The notes under the pieces: generated by a model | Told to the model about the DNA's origin: nothing | Seen by the model: the letters and a program-made list of their open reading frames with translations, nothing else | Database searches by the model: none | IMG/VR virus record: IMGVR_UViG_3300034112_002752 | Span: 1-30,776 of that record | Source of the DNA: a virus | Taxonomy: Duplodnaviria > Caudoviricetes | Reading direction: 5' to 3' (one strand) | Length of the DNA: 30,776 nt | Translations under genes and position numbers: made by a program | In this document: one piece after another, positions 7,901 to 17,536 of the stretch | How the letters are laid out: every line of letters begins with the position of its first letter | Numbering within the stretch: position 1 is the first letter of the stretch

Positions 7901-10900
7901 CAGGAACAAACTATTACATCCATAAAATAGATGAAGATAGATTTAAATTAAAGTCAAGCAAAACTTCAACAACTTATGTAGATATTGGACAGTCTGATAT
8001 ATTTTCAATTTATTTCTTTGAATATTCACCAATTGCAGTAAATGTTTCTGGACCTTTAGCAACAGATAACCAAGGAAATGTTATAGGATCTCAAGCAACA
8101 ATAAAACCAGTAGTTTTAGGAAAAGTTACTGAGGTGCAGACTGGATTTTTTGGACAAAATGGATATGGTTCTCCAACAATTCTTAACTATAAAAATTCTC
8201 CTACTATCAAAGAATTAGTTGGATCTGGAGCAAATTTAGAACCAGTTGTAGTAAATGGAAAAATTATTAAAGTAATAGTTAAAAATTCTGGAAGCAATTA
8301 TTACAATTCTATTAAGTTAATTGTTGATGGGTCTGGATATGGAGCAAAACTTGAACCTGTAATAGTAAATGGAGAAATCTCTTCAGTTTCAGTTGTAAAT
8401 GGTGGAGTTGGTTATAATAATTCAACAAATATATTAATAGAACCTTTTGGAAAAAATTTAAAAGTTTCTACAAATTTACAATCTTGGTCTTTAAATGAAG
8501 TCTCTAAACTTGGGACAACAAATATTTCAGAAGGAATTCTTTTAGGAAAGAAACATTCATATTTTGGCAACACATTTAATGTGTTTTATCTAAATCCAAA
8601 CTTATGGGCACAATTTAATGTCCCTGAATTAGATCCTACTCAAAACCCATCGTCACACTCACAAATAATAGGATGGTCTTATGATGGTTGTCCAATTTAT
8701 GGCCCAGATGGGTATACTAATCCTGATGGGACTGGTGGATTTAGAAGAATGACAAGTAGTTATAGAATAAAAACTATTTTGCCAACTAACAGACCAGATT
8801 CTTCAATATTTCCTGAAGGATCATTAATGGAAGATTATGAATATGTTGAAGGTCTTGGCACATTGGACAAATACAATGGAAGATTTTGTGTAACTCCAGA
8901 TTTTCCTAATGGAATTTATGCTTATTTTTGTACTATCTCAAAAAATAGAGATCCAATATTCCCATATCTTATAGGAAATTACTACAAATATATTCCAGAA
9001 CAAGATAATTTTGATTTGAAAATTAATCAAGATTTAAATTTTAACACTCTAAACATAACCAAACATACTCTTCCATATGGGGTAGAAAATAAACAAAACT
9101 ACTATGAATATTTTAACTTTAATGAAAAATCAAAAGATGGAGAAATTTTAGTTACAAATACTTCAAGAGGTAGAGTAGATGATGTTCTTGTAGTTAATGG
9201 TGGATTTGAATATTCAATAGGAGATCAAATATCCTTTAATAATTCTAATACTGGTGGATTTGGTGCTCTGGCAGAAGTGTCTGAACTATCTGGAGTAGGT
9301 ATTAATAGTATTCAATCTTCAACTGAAACATTGTCAAATGTCACTTTAATTTATGAAAGAGGGTCAGTTGTTGGTATTGCTACCACAACACACAATATCA
9401 AAGATCAAAGTTATATTAAAATTTCTGGAATATCTACCTCTACATTTTCAGATTTAGAAGGATTCGTTCAAGTAAATGTTCCATTAAAAGAAACTCAATT
9501 ACTTCAAGGGATATCTGATCAAACTACTACTGGAATAGTAACATCAATTCAAGTTAGAGATTCTATTTTAAATTTTGAAGTAGATTCTCTCATAAAAATA
9601 GATTCAGAAACTTTAAAAGTAATTGGATTAGATTTATCTAATAATTTAATTAATGTATTAAGAGAAACTGGAGCAACATCTCATAATTTAGGAACATCTG
9701 TCACACTGTTGCAAAGTAGATTTGACTTTAGTTATCCTCTTATAGATCTTCCACCTAAAAATGAAACTTATTACTTTAATCCAGAACAATCTGTTTCTGT
9801 AGGAATTTCAACTGCTGTTGGCGCTGGAAATACATTATCAATATTGCCATTAGGATATGGTGTCAGTAATACTGAATTTATTCCTACTGGAAGAATCTTT
9901 TTACCAAATCACAAATTCAAAACAGGAGAAAAAGTAAATTATGAGTTTGGAGAAAATTCAATTATAGTTTCTGGTTTTGGAAATTTAAGTGGGATTTCAT
10001 CTTTGTATGTCATCAAAATTAATGATAACATAATAGGTTTAACCAGTTCAATAACAAACAGCACTGACAATCTTTTATTATATACTTCAGCAGAAAATAA
10101 TTATCTCCATAAATTAACAAGCAACAGATCTTCTGTAACTGCTGATATAAACACAAATAAAACAATAGTATCTACAGCACAAACTCATGGACTGTCAGTA
10201 GGGGATAAAGTTTATTTAACTGTAAATTCTGGAATTGCCACAACATATATTGTATCATATGACAATTCAACTGCAAAGTTAAAAATTGATTCCCAAAATA
10301 ATCCTAATATTAAGTTTTATGAGAATGAAACTGTAACTTTTGATTTATCTTCTCCCACTCTCTCTCAAACCCAATTTAAGTTATATACTGACTCTAATTT
10401 TGCAAATGAATATTTGGGCAATGTTCAAAATGGCATAGAAGTTGAAAAAACATCAACATCTTTAACATTATCAATCTCAAAATATACACCAAAAATTCTT
10501 TTTTATAACATAGAATCATCATCTAAAAAAGTATTTTCTGATGAATCTATATTTAAATTTAATACTATTGATATTAAACCAAGTTTGTATAATAATATTA
10601 TTGCTGGGATCACTACTTATTCAGATACTTCTTTTGAAATTAATTATCCTATAGATCCAGAAAACAGAAGTTATTCATCATCAAATTCTACATTATCTTA
10701 CAATGTAACTTCTTCAAATATTCTTGGATCTGTAAATAAAGTAAAATTATTATCCAAAGGAAATGAATATCAAAAACTTCCAAAAATTTCTTCAATTTCT
10801 GGAGGTGGAACTGGAGCAAACCTAATTCCTATTAGCAATAGTGTAGGTAAAATCTTAAAAAGTTCTACTGTAAATGATGAATGTATTCTCCCATTTGATA

Positions 10901-13218
10901 AAACTTTAAAACCATTTTCAAATGGATACTCTTCAACATTTGTTTATAATAATTACAAAGTTGGTTCTTTGAGTATCGTTGAAAGAGGATCAAGTTATTT
11001 AAGCGCTCCTAAGATTAGTTTGTATAGCATTGAAAATAATAGTTTGGTTTCTGACTTTGCTGCTAATGTTACAATTAAAAATGGATCAGTAGATGAAGTT
11101 GAACTGGTAAATTCAAGTTCTGGTCTTCTTTCTACAGATGATAAGATTGTCTTTATAGAAAATAACAATGGTCTGAAAATTCTTGGAATAAGCACTTCAT
11201 TTGCTTCAAATCAGTATCTAATTACTTTAACTTTAGAAACTCCAATATCAGGATTTACTACAAGCAATCCATTACCATTTTCTATTGATGATGAAATTTT
11301 TATAGAAGGAATAGAAGAAAATCTTGGAGCAGGATATAATTCATCAGATTATGATTATGATTTCTTTAAAGTTGTTGGTGTCCAGACTTCTTATGGGTCT
11401 GAAAATGCATCTCAAATAACTTATAAATTAGACAAGTATCCTGGAATATTTTCTGTAGAGGGAACTTTGTCTAATAATGCTTATGTTGTAAATTCTAATA
11501 ATTTGCCAAAAGTAACTGCAAATCTTGTAGAAAATGTTTTTTACAGTGGAGAACAAATAGAAGATTCTAATATTATTTTAAATAAAAATAATGACCCTAT
11601 CACAAGTTTAATTAAAATTAAAAATCCAAATAGCATTCAAGTTGAGGATGTGTTAACTGGAAAATCAAGCTTGTCTAAAGGTAAAGTTTATAAGATAGAA
11701 AATTATAATTTAATTCTAAAATCATCTTCAAGTGTTTCAAAATCTATAGGATGGAGAACCCAACAGGGACAATTATCATCAACTATACAAAAACTTCCAG
11801 ATAATGATTATTATCAAAGATTCTCTTATTCACTTAAGAGCAAAAAATCTTTAAGTGATTGGGATTCAGTGGTTTCTGATACTTCTCATGTAGCAGGATA
11901 TAAAAAGTTTAGTGATTTAATAGTAGAATCCTCTCCTTCTGGAATTTCTTCTATTACTGCAGATGATTCATCAAGAGTTGATATTGCAATTAGTTCTTAT
12001 GCTGATTTGTCTACAATTAATGATTTTGATTTGGTGTTTGAAAATGTTGAAGATTATAATTACAATGCATCAGACATTATAAAATTTAATAGTAAAATTT
12101 TATCTGATTATTTACTTTCCAATCAAAATTTAGTTCTTTCTATAGATGATATTTCCAACTTGTTTAATACAACTGTTCCTCCAGTAGTAACAATTCCCAT
12201 AGATGAAATTACTGGAAGCATTGTTTCAAAATATGTGTTTTTTGTAGAATCCTCAGATTCTTTCTTAGGACCATTTTTATTCCCACAATTTTTTGAATTG
12301 TTAGTAGCTAGAAATGGGTCAAATATTAATTTGACATCATATTCTTACTTTGAGAATAATGATTTTGGAAGGGTCACCGCTGATCTTTTAAATGATAACA
12401 CAATAGTAATTAATTATGTTCCAATTAATGTATTCAATTCTTTATCTATAAAAGCTGTTAGAGAAAACGTTAATACAACTATTGGAATTACTACAACAAC
12501 CTATGGATATGTTAAAAATGTTTTAATAACATCTAATTATGCTTCTGAAGTTTCGCCAACTCAAAAGACAATTTATTCAATACCATTATCAGAATCATCT
12601 TCAGGAACTCTATTTGTAGGAATATCTTCAACTTTAAATAATATTGAAAGTTCTCACGAAATGGCATTTTTATATGATTCTGGTGTTGCTCAATACAATA
12701 CTTATGCTCAAAATGAATTAGTTGGGTTAGGAACTATTGGGATTTCTACTTCTGGAGGAGATTTATTAATCACCTATGATGGAGTTTCTGGAGTTGGGGT
12801 AACTGTTTACACTAATGTAACATTTTTGACAAACACATTAATTTCTCCAAGTGAAATTGTCGATTCTCCAACAAGATTAAATAGTTCTGCAGTTTCTGGA
12901 AGTTATACATCTGGAAACGATGAAATTATTACTGTTGTCCCAACATCTTATGCTGCATCCAAATTTGGAATTGAAGTAACAAAAACAATAGGAATAACTA
13001 CACAGAAAAGTTTTGTTCTATTAGATTCTGTGCACTATCAACAAGATACATATTTAAATAATATAAACTATTCTGTAATTGGAAACCTCAATGATTTGTC
13101 TTTTGAAACAACTTATGATTCAGGAACAAATACTTATATATTATCTTATATACCTGCAGATAATGCTAATTACTCTATCAAGTTTTTTGAAAAAAATATT
13201 TTAACAGCACAACCATAA
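4966..13218 (+). CDS. gp7: giant gp7-like baseplate wedge initiator / virion structural protein (2750 aa)
   Basis: Position between gp6 and gp8; N-terminal QIPEFI..F..FL..YY, FYETKGT..SYKILFKVLYGE, and later KLPDNDYYQRFSYSLKS..W...V....HVAGYKKF motifs of cyanophage gp7-like proteins; YHYH-domain-like segments. Confidence 0.8.
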   Translation: MNQDNKVVKIKDIVINQIPEFILSDNPNFSEFLSQYYTSQEFQGSTVDLAENLIKYKNFDAFDNTNLHSDTVLSNSVDFFDDEIFVESVSGYPPEYGLLKIDDEIITYTGITTNSFTGCVRGFSGISSLTQQNNPEFLVFSQTESSEHTAGASVQNLSNLFLQEFFKKIKYQFLPGFEEIDFDSRINVPNFISKARAFYETKGTDESYKILFKVLYGEDVKVIKPDDYTFKPSDDKWTVCESFSCELISGDPTKLVGQTLYQDESVNGNILPASGSIYSVDRFYFKNKVYYKINLFSGYSSNLSSLGSIFGNFLETPKTYVVEDISSGATVITVDSTIGFENSGTIYINEIAITYTDKTSNQFLNCSGISQNILSKTELYGDNFVYGYEENSNTQVKLRIVGSLSGIESSTVSYAIKGDGIKVDNLGNLDDNAFTKSLIYNLPLTVYSGILTTSLQDYALEGVSLSNGAVKTLYDHKLKNSDVVDLYRTNFNQKIKSGVVVSTSNATPKQYSINVSGISSYVGSRITAKRKLFKSQSTTYPEINNKFTANIQNSFTDESYNYITSNGFPNYNINPYKRQFSFTLNQSDYETLEGSHNYYDGELVTVTNYSIFGSYSNPVGVSTGTSFYVKKIDGDSIKLAYSAENIANSSFISFYELVNPPVDNSIKGYIQSFTLIDNSLYGNEFTSPKIFKKFPKIPNVSISDVETLPGPTGILANGIEIKNYKSYDKIYYGQISSINVLNSGTNYDITNPPRFLIDGGNDTQTTTVPQLTGKITELIVTDPGFNYTKSPTVTISGGGNDSVKTEVKMKLQAKELEFTASSAGGYVSDINDQFIFPSKHYLITGEEVVYQTLGGSPIGIGTLASEYLINDSVYYVINVGAGTSFRLAYTKNDAISNNYIRIREYGTGTQRFVSTQKKLIVDSVNLINVDTEFKYKKVLAGPNDINHYDNVITIKNHGFVTNDEVRYSFAGTSLSGISTGTNYYIHKIDEDRFKLKSSKTSTTYVDIGQSDIFSIYFFEYSPIAVNVSGPLATDNQGNVIGSQATIKPVVLGKVTEVQTGFFGQNGYGSPTILNYKNSPTIKELVGSGANLEPVVVNGKIIKVIVKNSGSNYYNSIKLIVDGSGYGAKLEPVIVNGEISSVSVVNGGVGYNNSTNILIEPFGKNLKVSTNLQSWSLNEVSKLGTTNISEGILLGKKHSYFGNTFNVFYLNPNLWAQFNVPELDPTQNPSSHSQIIGWSYDGCPIYGPDGYTNPDGTGGFRRMTSSYRIKTILPTNRPDSSIFPEGSLMEDYEYVEGLGTLDKYNGRFCVTPDFPNGIYAYFCTISKNRDPIFPYLIGNYYKYIPEQDNFDLKINQDLNFNTLNITKHTLPYGVENKQNYYEYFNFNEKSKDGEILVTNTSRGRVDDVLVVNGGFEYSIGDQISFNNSNTGGFGALAEVSELSGVGINSIQSSTETLSNVTLIYERGSVVGIATTTHNIKDQSYIKISGISTSTFSDLEGFVQVNVPLKETQLLQGISDQTTTGIVTSIQVRDSILNFEVDSLIKIDSETLKVIGLDLSNNLINVLRETGATSHNLGTSVTLLQSRFDFSYPLIDLPPKNETYYFNPEQSVSVGISTAVGAGNTLSILPLGYGVSNTEFIPTGRIFLPNHKFKTGEKVNYEFGENSIIVSGFGNLSGISSLYVIKINDNIIGLTSSITNSTDNLLLYTSAENNYLHKLTSNRSSVTADINTNKTIVSTAQTHGLSVGDKVYLTVNSGIATTYIVSYDNSTAKLKIDSQNNPNIKFYENETVTFDLSSPTLSQTQFKLYTDSNFANEYLGNVQNGIEVEKTSTSLTLSISKYTPKILFYNIESSSKKVFSDESIFKFNTIDIKPSLYNNIIAGITTYSDTSFEINYPIDPENRSYSSSNSTLSYNVTSSNILGSVNKVKLLSKGNEYQKLPKISSISGGGTGANLIPISNSVGKILKSSTVNDECILPFDKTLKPFSNGYSSTFVYNNYKVGSLSIVERGSSYLSAPKISLYSIENNSLVSDFAANVTIKNGSVDEVELVNSSSGLLSTDDKIVFIENNNGLKILGISTSFASNQYLITLTLETPISGFTTSNPLPFSIDDEIFIEGIEENLGAGYNSSDYDYDFFKVVGVQTSYGSENASQITYKLDKYPGIFSVEGTLSNNAYVVNSNNLPKVTANLVENVFYSGEQIEDSNIILNKNNDPITSLIKIKNPNSIQVEDVLTGKSSLSKGKVYKIENYNLILKSSSSVSKSIGWRTQQGQLSSTIQKLPDNDYYQRFSYSLKSKKSLSDWDSVVSDTSHVAGYKKFSDLIVESSPSGISSITADDSSRVDIAISSYADLSTINDFDLVFENVEDYNYNASDIIKFNSKILSDYLLSNQNLVLSIDDISNLFNTTVPPVVTIPIDEITGSIVSKYVFFVESSDSFLGPFLFPQFFELLVARNGSNINLTSYSYFENNDFGRVTADLLNDNTIVINYVPINVFNSLSIKAVRENVNTTIGITTTTYGYVKNVLITSNYASEVSPTQKTIYSIPLSESSSGTLFVGISSTLNNIESSHEMAFLYDSGVAQYNTYAQNELVGLGTIGISTSGGDLLITYDGVSGVGVTVYTNVTFLTNTLISPSEIVDSPTRLNSSAVSGSYTSGNDEIITVVPTSYAASKFGIEVTKTIGITTQKSFVLLDSVHYQQDTYLNNINYSVIGNLNDLSFETTYDSGTNTYILSYIPADNANYSIKFFEKNILTAQP

Positions 13219-15969
13219 ATGGCAAACATAGACATTTTATATGTTCCTAATATTTTTGGGAGAACATCCTTTCCCATAAAACATAAAGGAACTCCATTAT
13301 TCTATAAACAATTTGATGGTAGTGATGGTGATGTAGTGGATATAGATAATAATACTATTACGATTGAAGACCATTACTTCAAAACAGGAGAAACATTAAA
13401 TTATACTTTAGGTGTTGGAAGTTCTTCTGTAGGAATAAGTTCTTCTGGATTTGGATTGGGATTTACTTATCTTCCAGATACAATATATCCAATAGTAGTT
13501 GATAAAGACACAATCAGAGTTGCTCTTGCATCTTCTTTAGCACTATCAAATTCTTATGTAGACTTAATTTCTGTAGGAGTAGGAACTGAGCATTATCTTG
13601 AAGTTGAAAAACAAAACTCAAAATGTCTAATTTCAATAGACAATGTAATTCAGTCACCCCTTTCAATTGGGTCCACTGTTGGCATACAAACTGCATTTAA
13701 TTCTGCAAAAATTAGAGTTTCATCTTTAAGAAATGTAAAACCAACTTCTGTATTGAAAATTAATAATGGACTTTTTAGAATTTTAACTTTAGATTATGAA
13801 TTAAAAACGACTCCAGTTGGATATGGGACTGGATATGATATTACATTACTTGAAGATTTAAATTATTTGGGAACTGATAACACTCAAATAAGTCAAGAAA
13901 ATGTTGCCTATGTAATGGAAGGAAATTATACTATTGATAAAGATATAATCTATTTTACAAGTGCTCCTTTGGAAGGAAGAACATACTCTATATTACTTTT
14001 ACCAGAAAATTTTAATTATTCTAATACAGGTATATCATCATATTCTTTTAATTATTTTACCAATAATTTTCAAACAGGATCTCAAGTTAGAATTTTTGGA
14101 GCAAGAGTACCCAATGAATTAACTTCAGGAAATAATTATTTCATAATTAAAAATTCAGAAAATAATTTCAGTTTTGCTTCTAATTATTTAAAAGCAATTA
14201 ATAATGAAAAAATAGAATTTACTGATTCAACTGATCTTGCCAACCCAGTATCAAATGTACAACTTGTTCAAATTATTCCAAATGAAGAAACAAAATTTCA
14301 TGGAAGAGCTTTTCTAAGATCAAATTACTATGGAAATGCAGTGTTTGATGATGTTTCTGAACAATTTAATGGAATAAGTTCTTCTTTCACATTAACAGCA
14401 TCAGGAATTAATACTGTAGGTATTAAATCAGATAATGGAATTGTATTAATTAATAATATATTTCAATATCCAGAGTCTGAAGAAGCTTTTACATACCAAG
14501 AAGACTCTGTAGCAGGAATTACAAGTATTGCATTTATAGGAAGTAGGGGAGAATATGATTCTGGATTTGGAACTACAAAATCTTATGACGTAAATGTTGG
14601 AGGATTGCCAAGAGGAGGAATAATAGTTGGATATGGATTAAGTTATGGAACTAACTATCAACCTATGGTCCCTGCAGAACTTCTTATTGGAGGTGTTTTG
14701 CCAGAACAAGAAATAAATCCAGACAATATTGCCATAGGTGTGTCTGGATCTGGTTATAGATCTGACTTAATTTATAAAATTCATTTTGAAACTTCTTCTG
14801 GAATAAGAACTACAGGATCTGCAACAGCAATAGTTGAAAATGGACATGTTGTTGGCACAGTTTTTAGTGAAGTTGGAAGTTACTCTGGAGGAACTCCACC
14901 AACTGTAGTGATTGATCCTCCATTTGGATATGAAAATATTCCTGTAACTGGATCAACTTCTGGTGTAGGTGCTTCTGTTTCTTTTGAAGTCAACTCATTT
15001 GGTACAGTAACAAACTTTAAATTTACCAATCCTGGATATGGATACACTGTAGGAGAAGTTTTGACCCCAGTGGGAGTTGTTACTGCTCCAGGATGCACTC
15101 TATTACAAATAACAATAAATGATGTTGAAAAAGATAAATTTGCTGCTTGGAATGTTGGAATATTGCAAAAGTTAAATGATTTTACAAGTTATGTAAATGG
15201 AAGAAGAAAAATATTTACTTTATATGAAACTGTAGATGGAGAGTCTCAACCAATAAGTTTAGAAACAGTAAATGGATCTCAAATAGACTTAGCTTATAAT
15301 TTATTAATTTTTATAAATGACATTTTACAAATTCCTAATGAATCTTACACTTTTACTTCAGGAACTCAAGTTTTATTCAAAGAAGCTCCTGCATTAGGAA
15401 GCACTGTAAAGGTTTATTTTTATAAGGGAAGTTATAATGACACTGAATTTGTTAATATAGATCCTCCTATAGAACCTGGAGACATTTTGCAAATACGCAA
15501 AGATTTATTAAATAAATCTCCCCAGCAACAGCAGACAAGAACAGTAAAAAGAATTTTAACATCTGATACAGTTCAAACTGAATTGTACAATAAATTAGGT
15601 CTTTCTGAAAGTTCTTCTCAGATCAGATCTATTTCTTGGACTCCACAAAAACAAGATAAAATTATATCTGGAGAATATGTGAACAAGTCAAGATTTTCAC
15701 AAAGATCAAGACTTTATTCTTTTGTTGGTATTGGGACCACAAGTGGAACTTTTGTTGGAGTTGGAACAAATACAATTGGAATTAGTACCACAGTAGGGAT
15801 TGGGACATTAATTGTTATTGGAGACTATGTTGAGTCTGACTATACTGGAGTTGGAGTTACTGTAACTTCTATAGGATCAGGTTCAATTGGAATTGGAAAA
15901 ACTTACTATATTTCAAATTCCCCCTCAGGAATTAATACAACTACAATTTCCATCTGGAGAAAATCTTAA
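13219..15969 (+). CDS. virion structural protein, probably the C-terminal portion of a split gp7-like giant protein (916 aa)
   Basis: In frame with and abutting the preceding stop codon; shares the H-x-F-x-TGE repeat, GxGY repeats and GIGT/GIST motifs; precedes gp8. Confidence 0.7.
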   Translation: MANIDILYVPNIFGRTSFPIKHKGTPLFYKQFDGSDGDVVDIDNNTITIEDHYFKTGETLNYTLGVGSSSVGISSSGFGLGFTYLPDTIYPIVVDKDTIRVALASSLALSNSYVDLISVGVGTEHYLEVEKQNSKCLISIDNVIQSPLSIGSTVGIQTAFNSAKIRVSSLRNVKPTSVLKINNGLFRILTLDYELKTTPVGYGTGYDITLLEDLNYLGTDNTQISQENVAYVMEGNYTIDKDIIYFTSAPLEGRTYSILLLPENFNYSNTGISSYSFNYFTNNFQTGSQVRIFGARVPNELTSGNNYFIIKNSENNFSFASNYLKAINNEKIEFTDSTDLANPVSNVQLVQIIPNEETKFHGRAFLRSNYYGNAVFDDVSEQFNGISSSFTLTASGINTVGIKSDNGIVLINNIFQYPESEEAFTYQEDSVAGITSIAFIGSRGEYDSGFGTTKSYDVNVGGLPRGGIIVGYGLSYGTNYQPMVPAELLIGGVLPEQEINPDNIAIGVSGSGYRSDLIYKIHFETSSGIRTTGSATAIVENGHVVGTVFSEVGSYSGGTPPTVVIDPPFGYENIPVTGSTSGVGASVSFEVNSFGTVTNFKFTNPGYGYTVGEVLTPVGVVTAPGCTLLQITINDVEKDKFAAWNVGILQKLNDFTSYVNGRRKIFTLYETVDGESQPISLETVNGSQIDLAYNLLIFINDILQIPNESYTFTSGTQVLFKEAPALGSTVKVYFYKGSYNDTEFVNIDPPIEPGDILQIRKDLLNKSPQQQQTRTVKRILTSDTVQTELYNKLGLSESSSQIRSISWTPQKQDKIISGEYVNKSRFSQRSRLYSFVGIGTTSGTFVGVGTNTIGISTTVGIGTLIVIGDYVESDYTGVGVTVTSIGSGSIGIGKTYYISNSPSGINTTTISIWRKS
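15721..15900 (+). repeat. low-complexity protein-level G-I/V-G-T/S repeat region
   Basis: FVGIGTTSGTFVGVGTNTIGISTTVGIGTLIVIG...TGVGVTVTSIGSGSIGIGK. Confidence 0.6.
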
Positions 15970-15975
15970 TAAATA
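15969..15975 (+). promoter_or_regulatory. T4-like late promoter (ATAAATA) upstream of gp8
   Basis: Lies in the short intergenic gap, about 21 nt before ATG 15997. Confidence 0.65.
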
Positions 15976-15996
15976 AGATAAAAGTGTCCCCAAAAA

Positions 15997-17535
15997 ATGC
16001 CAGCTATAATAACTGATAATTTAAAAATTAGAACCTGTACTAATTTTATTAATGATGTTGATAACGGAAATTATTATTGCTTCATAGGGTTGTCAAATTA
16101 TAGTGACTATTTTTCAGATTGGAACAGCAACACCCCAGATCCTGTAGATAATTTAAATTATTTGAATGAGTATAAAAATACAATATTGGGAGTTAAAAAA
16201 ATAACATCATCAAATACTATCAGAGTTATTCCAAAAATTCAATGGACTTCTGGATTAAAGTATGATATGTATAGGCATGATTATAGTAGATATAATTTAA
16301 CTCCTATTACAAGATCTACAAGATTATACGATAGTAGATATTATGTTGTAAATAGAGATTATAGAGTTTATGTTTGTATTAATAATGGTGCTGCTCCCTC
16401 AAATCAAAATCTGGGAGTAATTTCTATAAATGAACCTATTCACACTTCAGAATCTCCAGAAATAGAAAATGATGGATATGTTTGGAAATATCTTTATACT
16501 ATTTCTGCTTCAGATGCTTTAAAAATTGATTCTACTAATTACATATCTGTACCAAGTAGTTGGGAAAATTCAACAGACTCTGAAATATCAAGAATCAGAG
16601 ATGCTGCAGTTGATGGGAAGATTGAAACCATTTTAGTTGAAGATTCACAACCTTACTTAATACCATCAACAACAAATATAATTAATGATGTTCCAATTGT
16701 TGGAGATGGTTCTGGTGGATTAGCATCAGTAACTTTTGATGAACAGGGAAGACCTATAGAAGTTATTGTGACTAATGGAGGATCTGGGTACACTTTTGCA
16801 ACTTTAGATTTAGATTCTATTGTAGAACCACAATTGAATAAATCAGTATTTAATGTAATTATACCACCTCCAGGAGGTCATGGCAAAAATGTTTACTCAG
16901 AACTTGGAACAAATAGAGTTTTAGTTTATTCCAGAATAGAAAATACTATAACAAATCCTGATTTCATTGAAGGAAATCAATTTGCAAGAGTTGGAATAAT
17001 TAAAGATATAACTCAATTTGGAAGTACAACTACTTTTACAGACACAACAGGATCAGGAGTTTATGGAATTCTAGTTGATGGAACTTCTGCATCTTCAGAG
17101 CCTGAAGATTCTTTGATAACACAATCTCAGACTAATTCTATTGGAAGTTTAGTAAGTGCAGTTTCTATTGGATCTTCTACTGTAATTAAATACACAAAAC
17201 CCAGAGAATTTTATACAGATACATATTCTTCAGGAAATATTACAAAAACATCTGATAGATATTTGACTGGAGGATCTGGATTATCTACAACATCAACATA
17301 TTCATATTCTAATTTTGATGCAAGTTCTATTACAATAAATGGCAACAACTATAATATATTGAGTTTTTCAGGATCTCAAATAGGAGAAACCTTTTTGGGT
17401 CAAACTTTTTCTGGAGGACTTGCAAATCCAGATATAAATACAAAGAGTGGTGAGATTGTATATGTTGATAACAGAGTTTCTGTATCAAGACAATCTCAAC
17501 AAAGAGAAGATATCAAAATTATTATAGAGTTCTAA
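15997..17535 (+). CDS. gp8: baseplate wedge subunit gp8
   Basis: MPAIITD, W.SG.KYDMYRHDYS, YYVVN.DYRVYVCINNG, DGYVWKYLYTI, PPGGHG and SGEIVYVDNR...R...QREDIKIIIEF motifs of cyanophage gp8. Confidence 0.92.
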   Translation: MPAIITDNLKIRTCTNFINDVDNGNYYCFIGLSNYSDYFSDWNSNTPDPVDNLNYLNEYKNTILGVKKITSSNTIRVIPKIQWTSGLKYDMYRHDYSRYNLTPITRSTRLYDSRYYVVNRDYRVYVCINNGAAPSNQNLGVISINEPIHTSESPEIENDGYVWKYLYTISASDALKIDSTNYISVPSSWENSTDSEISRIRDAAVDGKIETILVEDSQPYLIPSTTNIINDVPIVGDGSGGLASVTFDEQGRPIEVIVTNGGSGYTFATLDLDSIVEPQLNKSVFNVIIPPPGGHGKNVYSELGTNRVLVYSRIENTITNPDFIEGNQFARVGIIKDITQFGSTTTFTDTTGSGVYGILVDGTSASSEPEDSLITQSQTNSIGSLVSAVSIGSSTVIKYTKPREFYTDTYSSGNITKTSDRYLTGGSGLSTTSTYSYSNFDASSITINGNNYNILSFSGSQIGETFLGQTFSGGLANPDINTKSGEIVYVDNRVSVSRQSQQREDIKIIIEF

Positions 17536-17536
17536 A

